A stretch of DNA of 64,000 bases from Rickettsiales bacterium (GTDB lineage: Bacteria; Pseudomonadota; Alphaproteobacteria; Rickettsiales; CANDYO01): NCBI GenBank assembly GCA_049653745.1, contig JBASGW010000073.1, forward strand, positions 22,924 through 86,923, given 5' to 3'. The position numbers were made by a program, and so were the translations under genes. The notes below the pieces were generated by a model. That model ran no database searches. It was not told where the DNA came from and worked only from the letters and a program-made list of their open reading frames with translations. Positions 1 through 9,630 of the stretch are shown one piece after another; positions within the stretch are counted from its first letter, which is position 1, and every line of letters starts with the position of its first letter.

Positions 1-1
1 C

Positions 2-2260
2 CAGCCGCCAATTGTTACCAGATTTTATGCTTCTGATGGTAAGCTTTTAGAAGAATATGCCAAAGAGCATAGAGTGTTTATCCCCATAGAATCTATCCCG
101 CCGATGGTTAGAAATGCTTTCATTTCAGCAGAAGATCAAAATTTCTATACCCATCCTGGCGTTGATTTTACTGGTATAATGCGTGCTGCCATAAAAAATA
201 TTTTGGCAATGAGTCAGGGTAAAAAAAGTTTAGTTGGTGGCTCAACCATTACTCAGCAGGTAGTAAAAAATTTCTTACTTACTAATGAAAAATCACTAAA
301 TCGTAAAATTAAAGAAGCCATTTTAGCTTTTAGAATTTCTAAAGCTTTATCTAAAGATAAAATTTTAGAATTATATTTAAACGAGATCTATCTTGGATCT
401 AGGTCTTATGGAGTGGCATCTGCTGCTTTAAATTATTTTAATAAATCAGTAAATGAGTTGAACCTTCAAGAAGCAGCGTTTTTAGCAGCATTACCTCAAG
501 CTCCAAGCTATTATAATCCCAATAAAAATTTGGATCGGGTTTTACAAAGAAGAAATTGGGTTATTGAAAGAATGTATGATGAAGGTTTTATAACTAAAGA
601 AGAAGGGATGTTTGCAATTACTCAGCCAGTTAAGTTATTTAATCGAGATAGAAATGAGGTAGCTAAGGCTGATTTTTTTGCTGAATCAGTTAGACAAAAG
701 ATAGCTAAAATGTATGGTGAGAGTGCCTTATATGAAGGTGGTTTAATGGTTAGAACCAGTTTAAATCCTAAATTAGAAATGATAGCTGAAAAAGCTTTGC
801 GTAATGGGTTAGTTAATTATGATCAAAAATATGGATATCGTGGTGCTATCACTTCAATCTTAATAGATCAAGATTGGGCAAAAAAGCTTAGTTCAATTAA
901 TCCAACTAATATGAATATTAGCCCATGGAGATATGCTGTAATCTTAAGAATGAATGAAAAATCTGCGCAAATAGGTTTTGCTGATGGTAAGGAAGGAGAA
1001 ATTAATGTTGCTGCGAGTAAATGGGCTATAAAAGATAAAAAGCTCAATCAGATTTTTAAAATTGGTGATGTGATTTTAGTTGATGATAAAAAAGCAATAA
1101 AGCAAATACCTAGAATTAATGGAGCTTTAGTTGCTATGGATCCTCATACTGGAAGAGTTTTAGCTTTGGTTGGAGGATTTAGTTTTGAGACTAGTAAGTT
1201 TAATCGGGCTACTCAAGCATATCGTCAACCAGGTTCCTCATTTAAGCCTTTTGTGTATTTGGCTGCTTTAGAAAATGGTTTAACACCTTCTAGTGTTTTT
1301 GATGATGCTCCGATCGCTTTAGAGCAAGGTCCAGGATTGCCATTATGGAAGCCTAAAAATTTTTATAACGATTTTCTAGGCCCTTTAACTTTAAGAAGAG
1401 GACTGGAGTTATCTAGAAATCCTATTACTGTTAGAATAGCGCAGGCTGTTGGTCTTCAAAAGATTGTAGAAATTGCTAAAAGATTTGGAATTAATAAAGA
1501 GCCATTGCCATATTACTCAATGGTTTTAGGATCAATGGAAACAACGGTATTACAATTAACTAATGCTTATGCGGTGATTGCTAATGGTGGGCGCAAAGTT
1601 ACTCCAAGTTTGATTGATAAAATTCAAGACCGTAATGGTAAGTTAATTTATAGCAATGATAACAGAGAATGCATCAATTGTAATGCTAGTGGGGCTGTTG
1701 TGCCTTATATTAATAATAATAATCCTTATGTTACAGATCCTAGATCTGCTTATCAATTAACTTCTATTTTAGAAGGTGTGGTTTTACATACTAAGAATGG
1801 AGCTGCGATAAGACAAATTGCCAGAACAATAGCAGGAAAAACGGGCACATCAAATGGCCCTAAAGACACTTGGTTTATGGGATATACTCCAGACTTAGTT
1901 GTTGGAGTTTTTGTAGGTTATGATGATGCTAAACCTATGGGTAAAAATGAATCTGGAGCTATGGCAGCGCAGCCAATTTTTGTGGAATTTATGAAAGATG
2001 CTTTAGTGGACCAGCCAGATAAGTCTTTTGTTATGCCAGATGGCTTGAAATTAGTGAGAGTGGATTATATGACAGGAGTTCCATCAATGAAATATGGCGG
2101 AACAATCTATGAAGTATTTAAGCGCAAAAATTTTCAAGAGACTATAAATATTCAAAAAGCCACAGTTGATTCAGTTTCAGATGTTCCGCCGCCACCTCAT
2201 TCTCCAGAGGAAATCAATCAGTTTAATTTTGATGAAATGATGGATGAAGGTATTTACTAA
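2..2260 (+). CDS. mrcA: Penicillin-binding protein 1A (bifunctional transglycosylase/transpeptidase), 5'-partial at window edge
   Basis: Frame is open from nt 2 (QPPIVTRFYASDGKLLEEYAKEHRVF...), so the GTG at 74 is internal. Transglycosylase motifs 'ISAEDQNFYTHPGVD', 'GGSTITQQ', 'RKIKEA'. Transpeptidase motifs 'SSFKP' (SxxK) and 'KTGTS'. Confidence 0.9.
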   Translation, partial: QPPIVTRFYASDGKLLEEYAKEHRVFIPIESIPPMVRNAFISAEDQNFYTHPGVDFTGIMRAAIKNILAMSQGKKSLVGGSTITQQVVKNFLLTNEKSLNRKIKEAILAFRISKALSKDKILELYLNEIYLGSRSYGVASAALNYFNKSVNELNLQEAAFLAALPQAPSYYNPNKNLDRVLQRRNWVIERMYDEGFITKEEGMFAITQPVKLFNRDRNEVAKADFFAESVRQKIAKMYGESALYEGGLMVRTSLNPKLEMIAEKALRNGLVNYDQKYGYRGAITSILIDQDWAKKLSSINPTNMNISPWRYAVILRMNEKSAQIGFADGKEGEINVAASKWAIKDKKLNQIFKIGDVILVDDKKAIKQIPRINGALVAMDPHTGRVLALVGGFSFETSKFNRATQAYRQPGSSFKPFVYLAALENGLTPSSVFDDAPIALEQGPGLPLWKPKNFYNDFLGPLTLRRGLELSRNPITVRIAQAVGLQKIVEIAKRFGINKEPLPYYSMVLGSMETTVLQLTNAYAVIANGGRKVTPSLIDKIQDRNGKLIYSNDNRECINCNASGAVVPYINNNNPYVTDPRSAYQLTSILEGVVLHTKNGAAIRQIARTIAGKTGTSNGPKDTWFMGYTPDLVVGVFVGYDDAKPMGKNESGAMAAQPIFVEFMKDALVDQPDKSFVMPDGLKLVRVDYMTGVPSMKYGGTIYEVFKRKNFQETINIQKATVDSVSDVPPPPHSPEEINQFNFDEMMDEGIY

Positions 2261-3424
2261 ATGAATAGAAAAAGTATATCCATTTTTGGTAGCACTGGGT
2301 CTATTGGTCGGAATACTATTCAAATAATAAAGAAATATCCGGAGTTATTTAAAGTAATCTTACTAACTGCTAAGAGTAATGTTAAAGAGCTTATTGCTCA
2401 AGCATTAGCATTGCATCCTAAATATGTTTATATTGAAGATCAGAATAAAATTTTAGAATTAAAACAAGGCCTAAAATCTTTGAATATAGAGGTTTTAGGT
2501 GGGTCTGTTGTAGAAGCTGCTCAAATTAAAGTTGATTTAATGGTGATGGCAATAATGGGCTACAATGCAATGTTACCAACAATTAGCGCTATTAAAGTTG
2601 GTAATAATATTGCATTAGCTAATAAAGAATGTTTAGTTTGTGCAGGGGGTCTAATTTCTCAACTAGCTTTAAAACATAAAGTAAAGATTATACCTGTAGA
2701 CTCAGAACATAGTGGCTTATTTCAAATATTCGATAATGATCGACCTTCCTTAATTAAGGATGTTACTTTAACTGCTTCAGGTGGTCCTTTTAGAAATTAT
2801 ACTATTGAACAAATGAAAGATATAACTAAGCTGCAGGCGTTAAAGCATCCTAATTGGGTTATGGGAGCTAAAATTACTATTGATAGTGCAACACTGGTGA
2901 ATAAATGTTTAGAGGTGATAGAGGCTTATTATTTATTTCCGCTTCAAGCAGAGCAGATAAAAATAATTATTCATCCAGAATCAATTATTCATGCAATGGT
3001 AAATTTCTGTGATGGTTCAATGCTTGCTCAGTTAAGCACACCAAATATGCAAATACCAATTTCTTATGCTTTATTCTATCCAGAGAGAGCTACATTGCCG
3101 GAATTTAATAATTTTGATTTAACTAAGGTTGCTAGTTTAAATTTTATTGAACCAGATCCATTAAGGTTTAAATCTTTAGAGCTTTTAAAAGCCGTGCTAA
3201 AATCTATAGACACTAATTCATCGTTAATTTTTAATATTGCCAATGAAGTGGCCGTTGAAGCTTTCTTGAATGATAAAATTAGCTTTTTACAAATTACTCA
3301 AGTTATTGAAAATATGCTTATGAGCATTGAGATGGCTAAAATAACTAGTATTGAGGAAACAATAGAGACTATAGACCTTATTAAAGAAATGACCTTAAAT
3401 TATATTAAAAATACTTCTCAATAA
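2261..3424 (+). CDS. dxr: 1-deoxy-D-xylulose 5-phosphate reductoisomerase
   Basis: N-terminal NADPH motif 'IFGSTGSIG', 'LANKE', 'PVDSEHS'. Length 387 aa. ATG directly abuts the mrcA stop. Confidence 0.9.
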   Translation: MNRKSISIFGSTGSIGRNTIQIIKKYPELFKVILLTAKSNVKELIAQALALHPKYVYIEDQNKILELKQGLKSLNIEVLGGSVVEAAQIKVDLMVMAIMGYNAMLPTISAIKVGNNIALANKECLVCAGGLISQLALKHKVKIIPVDSEHSGLFQIFDNDRPSLIKDVTLTASGGPFRNYTIEQMKDITKLQALKHPNWVMGAKITIDSATLVNKCLEVIEAYYLFPLQAEQIKIIIHPESIIHAMVNFCDGSMLAQLSTPNMQIPISYALFYPERATLPEFNNFDLTKVASLNFIEPDPLRFKSLELLKAVLKSIDTNSSLIFNIANEVAVEAFLNDKISFLQITQVIENMLMSIEMAKITSIEETIETIDLIKEMTLNYIKNTSQ

Positions 3425-3438
3425 TAAAAATTTGAAAT

Positions 3439-3469
3439 TCACACCTAACTTATTAAAAGCGAGGTGTGA
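3439..3469. terminator. Hairpin between convergent dxr and aspS (candidate bidirectional terminator)
   Basis: TCACACCT (3439-3446) and AGGTGTGA (3462-3469) form a perfect 8-bp inverted repeat in the 60-bp gap between two convergent stop codons. Confidence 0.45.
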
Positions 3470-3484
3470 TGCCTTAAAGAATTT

Positions 3485-5269
3485 TTACTTTAATTTACGA
3501 TGCTGAATGTTTAGTTCACGCAGTTGTTTTTCGTCAACCGTTGCTGGAGCATTCATCAATAAATCTTGGGCCTGTTGATTCATTGGGAAGGCAATAACTT
3601 CGCGAATATTTTTTTCATCAGCAATTAACATAACAATTCTATCAATGCCCGGAGCTACGCCGCCATGTGGAGGTGCTCCATATTTAAAAGCGGTGATAAG
3701 GCTACGAAAGCGTTCATCAACCACTTCCTTAGAGTAACCTACAATTTCAAAGGCGCGGTACATAAGTTCAGGCTTATGATTGCGGATGGCGCCGCTAGAT
3801 AATTCAATGCCATTACAAACTATATCATATTGAAATGCTTTTATTGCTAATAATTCCTCTTTAGTTTTTGCACTATTTAATGCTTCAAGCCCTCCTTGAG
3901 GCATAGAGAAAGGATTATGGCTAAAATCAATTCTATTTTCTTCTTCATTCCATTCATAAAATGGAAAATCAACGATCCAACAAAATTCAAAACGATTTTG
4001 ATCAATTAGATTTAATTCTTCAGCTAATTTAGTTCTTACCAATCCTGCAAGTTTTGCAGCTTTATTTACTAAATCTGAAGCAAAAAATACAGAGTCTCCA
4101 TCGCCTATTCCAGCAATTTCCTTTAAATTATTTAATTGAGCTTCATTTAAGAATTTAGCAATAGGTCCTTTGGCAGTGCCGTCTTGATTAAAGCTTATAT
4201 AGCCTAATCCTCCTGCGCCATTTTCTTGAGCAAAAGCAATCATTTTATCAAAGAAGCTACGAGGCAATTGTGCAGAGTTAGGAGCAGGAATAGCTCTAAC
4301 AATGAATCCTTTTTTGATATTTTCTCTAAAAATAGTAAATTCACTATCTTTAAAAATTTCAGTAACATCGCTAATAATTAATGGATTACGCAAATCAGGT
4401 TTATCGTTACCATATTTTAACATTGAGTCATTGAAAGTGATGTGAGGAAAAGGAGATGCGGTTACAGTTTTACTTGAAAATTCAGTGAAAATTGATCGCA
4501 TAACTGGTTCTACAGCAGCAAAAACATCTTCTTGAGTAACGAATGCCATTTCAATATCTAATTGATAAAATTCTCCTGGAGATCTATCAGCTCTTGCATC
4601 TTCATCTCTAAAACATGGTGCTATTTGGAAATAGCGGTCAAAACCAGAGGTCATTAATAATTGTTTGAATTGTTGCGGCGCTTGAGGAAGTGCATAAAAT
4701 TTCCCTGGATGTAAGCGACTTGGCACTAAAAAATCTCTTGCTCCTTCTGGTGATGAAGCAGTTAAGATGGGAGTCTGAAACTCAATAAATCCTTGATCCA
4801 CCATTTTAGCGCGGATTGCTGAAATAATTTTTGACCTTAATACAATATTGCTATGTAGTTTTTCCTTGCGAAGATCTAGAAAGCGATAACGAAGACGGGT
4901 GTCTTCAGGAAATTCTTTATCACTATTTACTTGAATTGGTAACATATCAGCATCAGATTCTAGATGAAAAGTTTTAATTTTAATTTCTATATCGCCAGTA
5001 GCCAAATTTTTATTTCTAGCATCTTCAGCTCTAGCAGTTACTATTCCAGTTATAGTTATAACTGATTCATAATGTAGATGTGCTATTTGGTTGGTTAATT
5101 CTTCATCTGTATCAATTACGCATTGGGTAATGCCGTAATGATCTCTTAAGTCTATAAATGCAAGGCTGCCATGGTCACGGCGGCGATGAACCCATCCAGA
5201 TAATTTCACTTGTTGGTCAATGTGAGTTGAATTAAGTTCTCCACAAGTATGGCTACGATATTTATGCAT
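3485..5269 (-). CDS. aspS: Aspartate--tRNA ligase
   Basis: 594 aa class II aaRS. '[16 protein letters not shown]' (motif 2) and '[12 protein letters not shown]' (motif 3). N-terminal OB-fold anticodon-binding region. Confidence 0.92.
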   Translation of the reverse strand: MHKYRSHTCGELNSTHIDQQVKLSGWVHRRRDHGSLAFIDLRDHYGITQCVIDTDEELTNQIAHLHYESVITITGIVTARAEDARNKNLATGDIEIKIKTFHLESDADMLPIQVNSDKEFPEDTRLRYRFLDLRKEKLHSNIVLRSKIISAIRAKMVDQGFIEFQTPILTASSPEGARDFLVPSRLHPGKFYALPQAPQQFKQLLMTSGFDRYFQIAPCFRDEDARADRSPGEFYQLDIEMAFVTQEDVFAAVEPVMRSIFTEFSSKTVTASPFPHITFNDSMLKYGNDKPDLRNPLIISDVTEIFKDSEFTIFRENIKKGFIVRAIPAPNSAQLPRSFFDKMIAFAQENGAGGLGYISFNQDGTAKGPIAKFLNEAQLNNLKEIAGIGDGDSVFFASDLVNKAAKLAGLVRTKLAEELNLIDQNRFEFCWIVDFPFYEWNEEENRIDFSHNPFSMPQGGLEALNSAKTKEELLAIKAFQYDIVCNGIELSSGAIRNHKPELMYRAFEIVGYSKEVVDERFRSLITAFKYGAPPHGGVAPGIDRIVMLIADEKNIREVIAFPMNQQAQDLLMNAPATVDEKQLRELNIQHRKLK

Positions 5270-5340
5270 TAGTTTCTCTCAAAATAATCTTGATCTAAAG
5301 TCTAGTATTTAACTAGATTGTAACTGATTTTGCAAGTAAA

Positions 5341-6711
5341 TTATGGTGTTGATATGGGTGTCCTTCTGCGTTTATTGCCAATGTATGATGGAGAAGCTTG
5401 GTGATTTATAGAATTATCTTGATTGATAACTTTAACTCCCGCTAAGCTGAGCGCTTCAGCTGCGGCTATTGTGCTTTCTATAGAGATTCTATTTGGAGAG
5501 CTAAAATTGCTTTGAGGGCTAACTTGAATAGCTAGAAGTGGTTTATTTCTAACTCTTGGGGGTGTTATATGTCTATTAGTGTTTTCTTTTGCATTTTCTT
5601 TAGAGTGAGTTGATTCATCGCTGCTGCTTAAGCTTTCTTCGGAAGTAGTTGATTGAAATGTAATATTTTCTAATAAGGATGGGATATCTTTTGTTGAGTC
5701 TATTTCTTCTTTGATATCGAAAATTCTTTGAGGAATTTTACAGCCTAAACGAACCATGTCATCATAAAATACATCCACTATTTTAGTTTGTTGGGTTTGT
5801 AATTTTTCAACATTTTCAGCAATATATTGTTCTCCTAAAAGAGTTGCTGTTTTTTCGTTATCAGTAATTAAATGTCTTAACTCTTTTGGAGTAAGGTTAG
5901 CAAATTTGATAAAACTTTCGCAAGCTTCTTTTTGTGATTCTATACTCAAGTCTTCATAAAAATTGAGGCTACAGCTATTATTATCTGCTGTTGGAAAATA
6001 ATGATTTACTAGATGAGGTGCTGGATTGGCGTTGCCTCCATCGATAATAATAATATGTTCAGTTTCTGGATTAAAACCTGCATTTTTTCCTTGTGCTCCT
6101 ATACAATCATTGTTGCCCATGCAGCAGCTTAAGGCAAAGAAAGCTCCCAAACCTTTAGGTTCTTTTGGTAGATAGGGATATTTTCTTAAGTCCTCTCCGT
6201 TAATAAAAGAATTATGATAATTATAATAATCTCCTATGTCATGATAAGGTGAAATCATTTTAGAAGTGAAGTGCGCAATATCCAATGTATTCAGTTGCTC
6301 TAGAGTGCTATCAAGATTTATTGTATTAAGAGAATGTCTATCTATTTTTATTTTATCTTTTAGGCATTTGGCGATGCTTTTCCGATTAGCTGATGTGGCT
6401 GAGAGGGGGGTATATTTTTCTGGTTTTAAAAAAACAATAGAGGTTTGAGGAGTTTGATATTTGCTGTTTCCAATGGCTTCTGCAATATTAAAAAAAGCTT
6501 TTTCTTTGCAAGATTCTCTAGACATTTGAGAGGCCAAATTTTCAATATCTTTATGGCTACTAATTAAATATTTAGTTGAGCTTTTTGGAATTCCGAGTTT
6601 AACCATATATCTCTCGCCAGAAGCGTCTTGCATTATTGCTCCAGGAGATGCTCCTTCCTTTTGAGACAAATATGCAAGTGAAAATTCTAAAGTTGGCTTA
6701 GCTGTTTTCAT
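5341..6711 (-). CDS. Hypothetical protein; possible atypical kinase-fold protein with a disordered Ser-rich, basic C-terminus (candidate secreted effector)
   Basis: 456-aa ORF. 'GASPGAIMQDASGERYMVKLG' resembles a Gly-loop followed by a beta3 Lys. 'GNNDCIGAQGKNAGF' resembles a D..N catalytic loop. 'IIIIDGGNA' resembles a DxG metal-binding motif. C-terminal 100 aa are S/T/N-rich and end in 'GNKRRRTPISTP'. No family recognised with certainty. Confidence 0.5.
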   Translation of the reverse strand: MKTAKPTLEFSLAYLSQKEGASPGAIMQDASGERYMVKLGIPKSSTKYLISSHKDIENLASQMSRESCKEKAFFNIAEAIGNSKYQTPQTSIVFLKPEKYTPLSATSANRKSIAKCLKDKIKIDRHSLNTINLDSTLEQLNTLDIAHFTSKMISPYHDIGDYYNYHNSFINGEDLRKYPYLPKEPKGLGAFFALSCCMGNNDCIGAQGKNAGFNPETEHIIIIDGGNANPAPHLVNHYFPTADNNSCSLNFYEDLSIESQKEACESFIKFANLTPKELRHLITDNEKTATLLGEQYIAENVEKLQTQQTKIVDVFYDDMVRLGCKIPQRIFDIKEEIDSTKDIPSLLENITFQSTTSEESLSSSDESTHSKENAKENTNRHITPPRVRNKPLLAIQVSPQSNFSSPNRISIESTIAAAEALSLAGVKVINQDNSINHQASPSYIGNKRRRTPISTP

Positions 6712-6802
6712 TATTTAATCCTCTAAAGATATTATTTAAATGTTATAATAATATTTAGAATGTAACAATAAAATAAAGATGTATTTTTAGTGAGTTGATA
6801 AT

Positions 6803-6842
6803 AAAAAAACTCCAGAAAGCGCTGCTTTATGGAGTTTTTTTT
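6803..6842. terminator. Rho-independent terminator downstream of rplT (A-tract/stem/T-tract, bidirectional architecture)
   Basis: AAAAAAA-ACTCCAGAAAGC-gct-GCTTTATGGAGT-TTTTTTTT. 12-bp stem with one mismatch and a 3-nt loop, flanked by A and T runs. Lies 24 nt past the rplT stop. Confidence 0.75.
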
Positions 6843-6865
6843 ACTTAAAACGGGTAGCTTAAATA

Positions 6866-7243
6866 TTAAGCAGCTTTAGTTTTATTTTGTTCTAAAGCTT
6901 TTTGTGCTTGTTCAACTACTGCTTTGAATGCTTCTGGCTCTCTAACCGCTAAGTCTGCTAAGATTTTGCGATCTAAGTCAATGTTAGCTAAGGTAAGTCC
7001 ATTAATGAATTGTGAGTAAACCATCCCATATTGACGAACGCCAGCATTGATTCTTTGAATCCATAGGGCGCGGAAGTCACGTTTGCGAGCGCGACGATCG
7101 CGATATGCATAACGTAATGCTTTTTCAACTTTTTCTATAGCAACGCGGAAACAGTTTTTTGCTCTTCCACGAAAGCCCTTCGCTAATTTTAAAACTTTTT
7201 TATGACGTTTTTTGGAGACTGCTCCATTTACTGCGCGAGACAT
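6866..7243 (-). CDS. rplT: 50S ribosomal protein L20
   Basis: 125 aa. '[25 protein letters not shown]...[23 protein letters not shown]' is the canonical L20 sequence. Confidence 0.95.
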   Translation of the reverse strand: MSRAVNGAVSKKRHKKVLKLAKGFRGRAKNCFRVAIEKVEKALRYAYRDRRARKRDFRALWIQRINAGVRQYGMVYSQFINGLTLANIDLDRKILADLAVREPEAFKAVVEQAQKALEQNKTKAA

Positions 7244-7253
7244 ATATCAATCC

Positions 7254-7463
7254 TTATCTAAATTTTTTACCATATGGCATGAATTGTAAAACTATTTTAC
7301 GATCTGCATCGCATAAAATAGTTGTTCCACGTAATTCACGAATTTGACTAGATGATCTTTTACGCATTCCATGCTGTTTACCAGCCTGTGTTCCTCTAAC
7401 TTTATTGCTAGCGGTAAAAGAGAATCTCTTTTTTGCGCTGCTATTTGTTTTCATTTTTGGCAT
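7254..7463 (-). CDS. rpmI: 50S ribosomal protein L35
   Basis: 69 aa. '[14 protein letters not shown]' is the canonical L35 N-terminus. Sits immediately upstream of rplT. Confidence 0.93.
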   Translation of the reverse strand: MPKMKTNSSAKKRFSFTASNKVRGTQAGKQHGMRKRSSSQIRELRGTTILCDADRKIVLQFMPYGKKFR

Positions 7464-7601
7464 TTTATTCCTCTTAAATTATTTGATGGAAATACTAGGT
7501 AGATTAGGCATGCCATTTAAAAAAGCCATACTACCAACAAAAAACTCTCTATAAATAGAAATGGCCATTATAAAGAGTTTTTTTTAAAAGTTCAATATTA
7601 A

Positions 7602-8336
7602 TTATTCAGCGTTATTTTTAGAAGCGCTTTTCTTTTCTTCTTCGGTTAAAAGCTCTTCCATTGGATATTCTTTTAACATATATCCACGTCCCCAAACGGT
7701 TTCAATATAGTTGGTTCCACCAGATGAATCAGCTAATTTCTTTCTCAATTTGCAAACAAATACGTCAATAATTTTTAATTCTGGTTCGTCAATGCCACCA
7801 TATAGATGATTTAAGAACATTTCTTTAGTTAGTACTGTTCCACGACGCATCGCTAGTAATTCTAAAATAGCATATTCTTTGCTAGTTAAATGAACAGGAG
7901 TTGAGTCCACTTCAACAATTCTAGTATCCAAATTAACGGTTACTTTGTCAAATCTTAATACCGATTCAGAATGTCCTTTTGATCTTCTTACAATCGCTTG
8001 AATGCGAGCAATTAATTCACCACGATTAAATGGCTTTGTTAAATAATCATCTGCACCAAATCCTAAACCTTTAATTTTTTGATCAGCTCCTGATAACCCT
8101 GATAAAATTAACACAGGAATCTTAACTTTAGCTGAACGAAGGCGCAATAGAACTTCATAACCATCAATATCTGGTAAAATTAAATCTAAAATGATTAAGT
8201 CATAATCATAAATTTTACCAACTTCTAATCCCTCTTGACCAAGCTGACATACATCACAAATTATCCCTTCTGATGCAAGGGCTAGCTCAATAGAACTAGC
8301 AGTTGAGTGATCGTCTTCAACGAGTAATACGCGCAT
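7602..8336 (-). CDS. ctrA: Cell-cycle response regulator CtrA (OmpR family)
   Basis: 'MRVLLVEDD', '[17 protein letters not shown]', '[10 protein letters not shown]', 'IVRRSKGH', '[33 protein letters not shown]', 'ETVWGRGY'. The match to remembered Caulobacter CtrA extends along the full length. Confidence 0.9.
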   Translation of the reverse strand: MRVLLVEDDHSTASSIELALASEGIICDVCQLGQEGLEVGKIYDYDLIILDLILPDIDGYEVLLRLRSAKVKIPVLILSGLSGADQKIKGLGFGADDYLTKPFNRGELIARIQAIVRRSKGHSESVLRFDKVTVNLDTRIVEVDSTPVHLTSKEYAILELLAMRRGTVLTKEMFLNHLYGGIDEPELKIIDVFVCKLRKKLADSSGGTNYIETVWGRGYMLKEYPMEELLTEEEKKSASKNNAE

Positions 8337-8515
8337 CTTTTGCTCCTAATAGTTTACACAACAGTAATTTAATATTTCAATTAATTGACGATTCAGCCTC
8401 TTTTTGTTACTCTCTATAAATACAAAGCGAGATTGTAATGTCAATTATCCTAATTTTTAATATCTCATATAATTAACATATTTCGCAACTAAAAAATAGC
8501 AAATAATCATTTTTG

Positions 8516-8530
8516 TTAACTATTTTTTAA
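8516..8530. promoter_or_regulatory. Candidate CtrA box (TTAA-N7-TTAA) in the ctrA/tilS divergent intergenic region
   Basis: TTAAcTATTTTTTAA matches TTAA-N7-TTAA exactly. It is 42 nt upstream of the tilS start and about 180 nt upstream of ctrA. In AT-rich DNA this motif is expected by chance fairly often. Confidence 0.2.
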
Positions 8531-8571
8531 GTTTCTTAAAAACCATATTAGTTAATTGTAACATATAAATA

Positions 8572-9540
8572 ATGATTTATCTTAAATTTTATCAAAGTGT
8601 AGTTTCAATATTAGGAGCAATAAATAGTAATATTAATATTGCAGTAGCAGTGTCTGGAGGAGCCGACTCCTTAGCTTTGTGCTTTTTATTCGATAAGTTA
8701 GTTAAAGAACATGGTGGTAATTTTTGCTGTGTTACTATTGATCATCAATTAAGAAGAGAATCTTCGAGTGAGGCCCAAAAAGTTAATGAGATATTAAATT
8801 ATCATAATATTAAGCATTATATACTGCCATGGATTGGAGAAAAGCCTAAAGCTAATATTCAGGAGAATGCTAGGATAGCAAGATATAAATTGCTCGCAGA
8901 CTTTTGTAAACAGCATTCTATAGGTTATTTAGCAACAGGTCATCAGAAGAATGATCAAGCAGAAAATTTTATAATAAGATTAGAGCATGGGAGTGGGATA
9001 TATGGATTATCTGGTATTCCTCCAATGACGAATCTTAACGGAGTTACAGTTATTCGGCCCTTACTTAAATTTAGTAAAGAGGAGTTACAGGGCTTTTTGG
9101 TGTCTGAAGGAATTAAATGGATTGAGGATCCATCTAATCAGAATGAACATTTTGCTAGAGTTAGAATTCGTAAAGTCTTAAGTCAATATCCTGGGTTTAT
9201 TGATAAAATTGCAACAGCTAGTATAAATTTGTCACGGGCCAAAGAAGTTGTGGAGTATATGTTGCAAAATAGCTTGAATGATTTGGTAAATTATCCTCAA
9301 TCAAATATCGCTACTTTTAGCTTCGATAAGTTTAATCAACTGCCACAAGAAATTAAATTCAGAATGTTAGCTAAATTATTACAAGAAATAGGTAGTAACT
9401 TAAAGCCAGCAAGAGGAGAGAGAATAGAAAATTTGATAGCTAAAATTGAAGCTGGCATAAGCTTTAAAGCTTCAACTTTAGGAGGCTGTTTGATTCAAAG
9501 GAAAAGAGAGCAAATTATTATTACTCGTGAGGTGAGTTAA
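8572..9540 (+). CDS. tilS: tRNA(Ile)-lysidine synthase
   Basis: PP-loop 'VAVSGGADSLAL' and 'ATGHQKNDQAENF'. 322 aa. Confidence 0.85.
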   Translation: MIYLKFYQSVVSILGAINSNINIAVAVSGGADSLALCFLFDKLVKEHGGNFCCVTIDHQLRRESSSEAQKVNEILNYHNIKHYILPWIGEKPKANIQENARIARYKLLADFCKQHSIGYLATGHQKNDQAENFIIRLEHGSGIYGLSGIPPMTNLNGVTVIRPLLKFSKEELQGFLVSEGIKWIEDPSNQNEHFARVRIRKVLSQYPGFIDKIATASINLSRAKEVVEYMLQNSLNDLVNYPQSNIATFSFDKFNQLPQEIKFRMLAKLLQEIGSNLKPARGERIENLIAKIEAGISFKASTLGGCLIQRKREQIIITREVS

Positions 9541-9630
9541 TCTTTAAAATAATTCCTCCGCAACTATAGGTTGCTTATATCTTTTAATTTTGGATAATAT
9601 TCATTTATAAGTAAAAAATTATTAGGTAGC

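Noticed and set aside
6266-7347. Antisense ORFs 6266-6448 and 7159-7347 opposite the kinase-like gene and rplT/rpmI.
   Set aside because: They are short and antisense to well-supported genes, and their translations are not protein-like.
8369-8384. Second CtrA-like site TTAAtatttcaaTTAA upstream of ctrA.
   Set aside because: The spacer is 8 nt, not 7, so it does not fit the established box.
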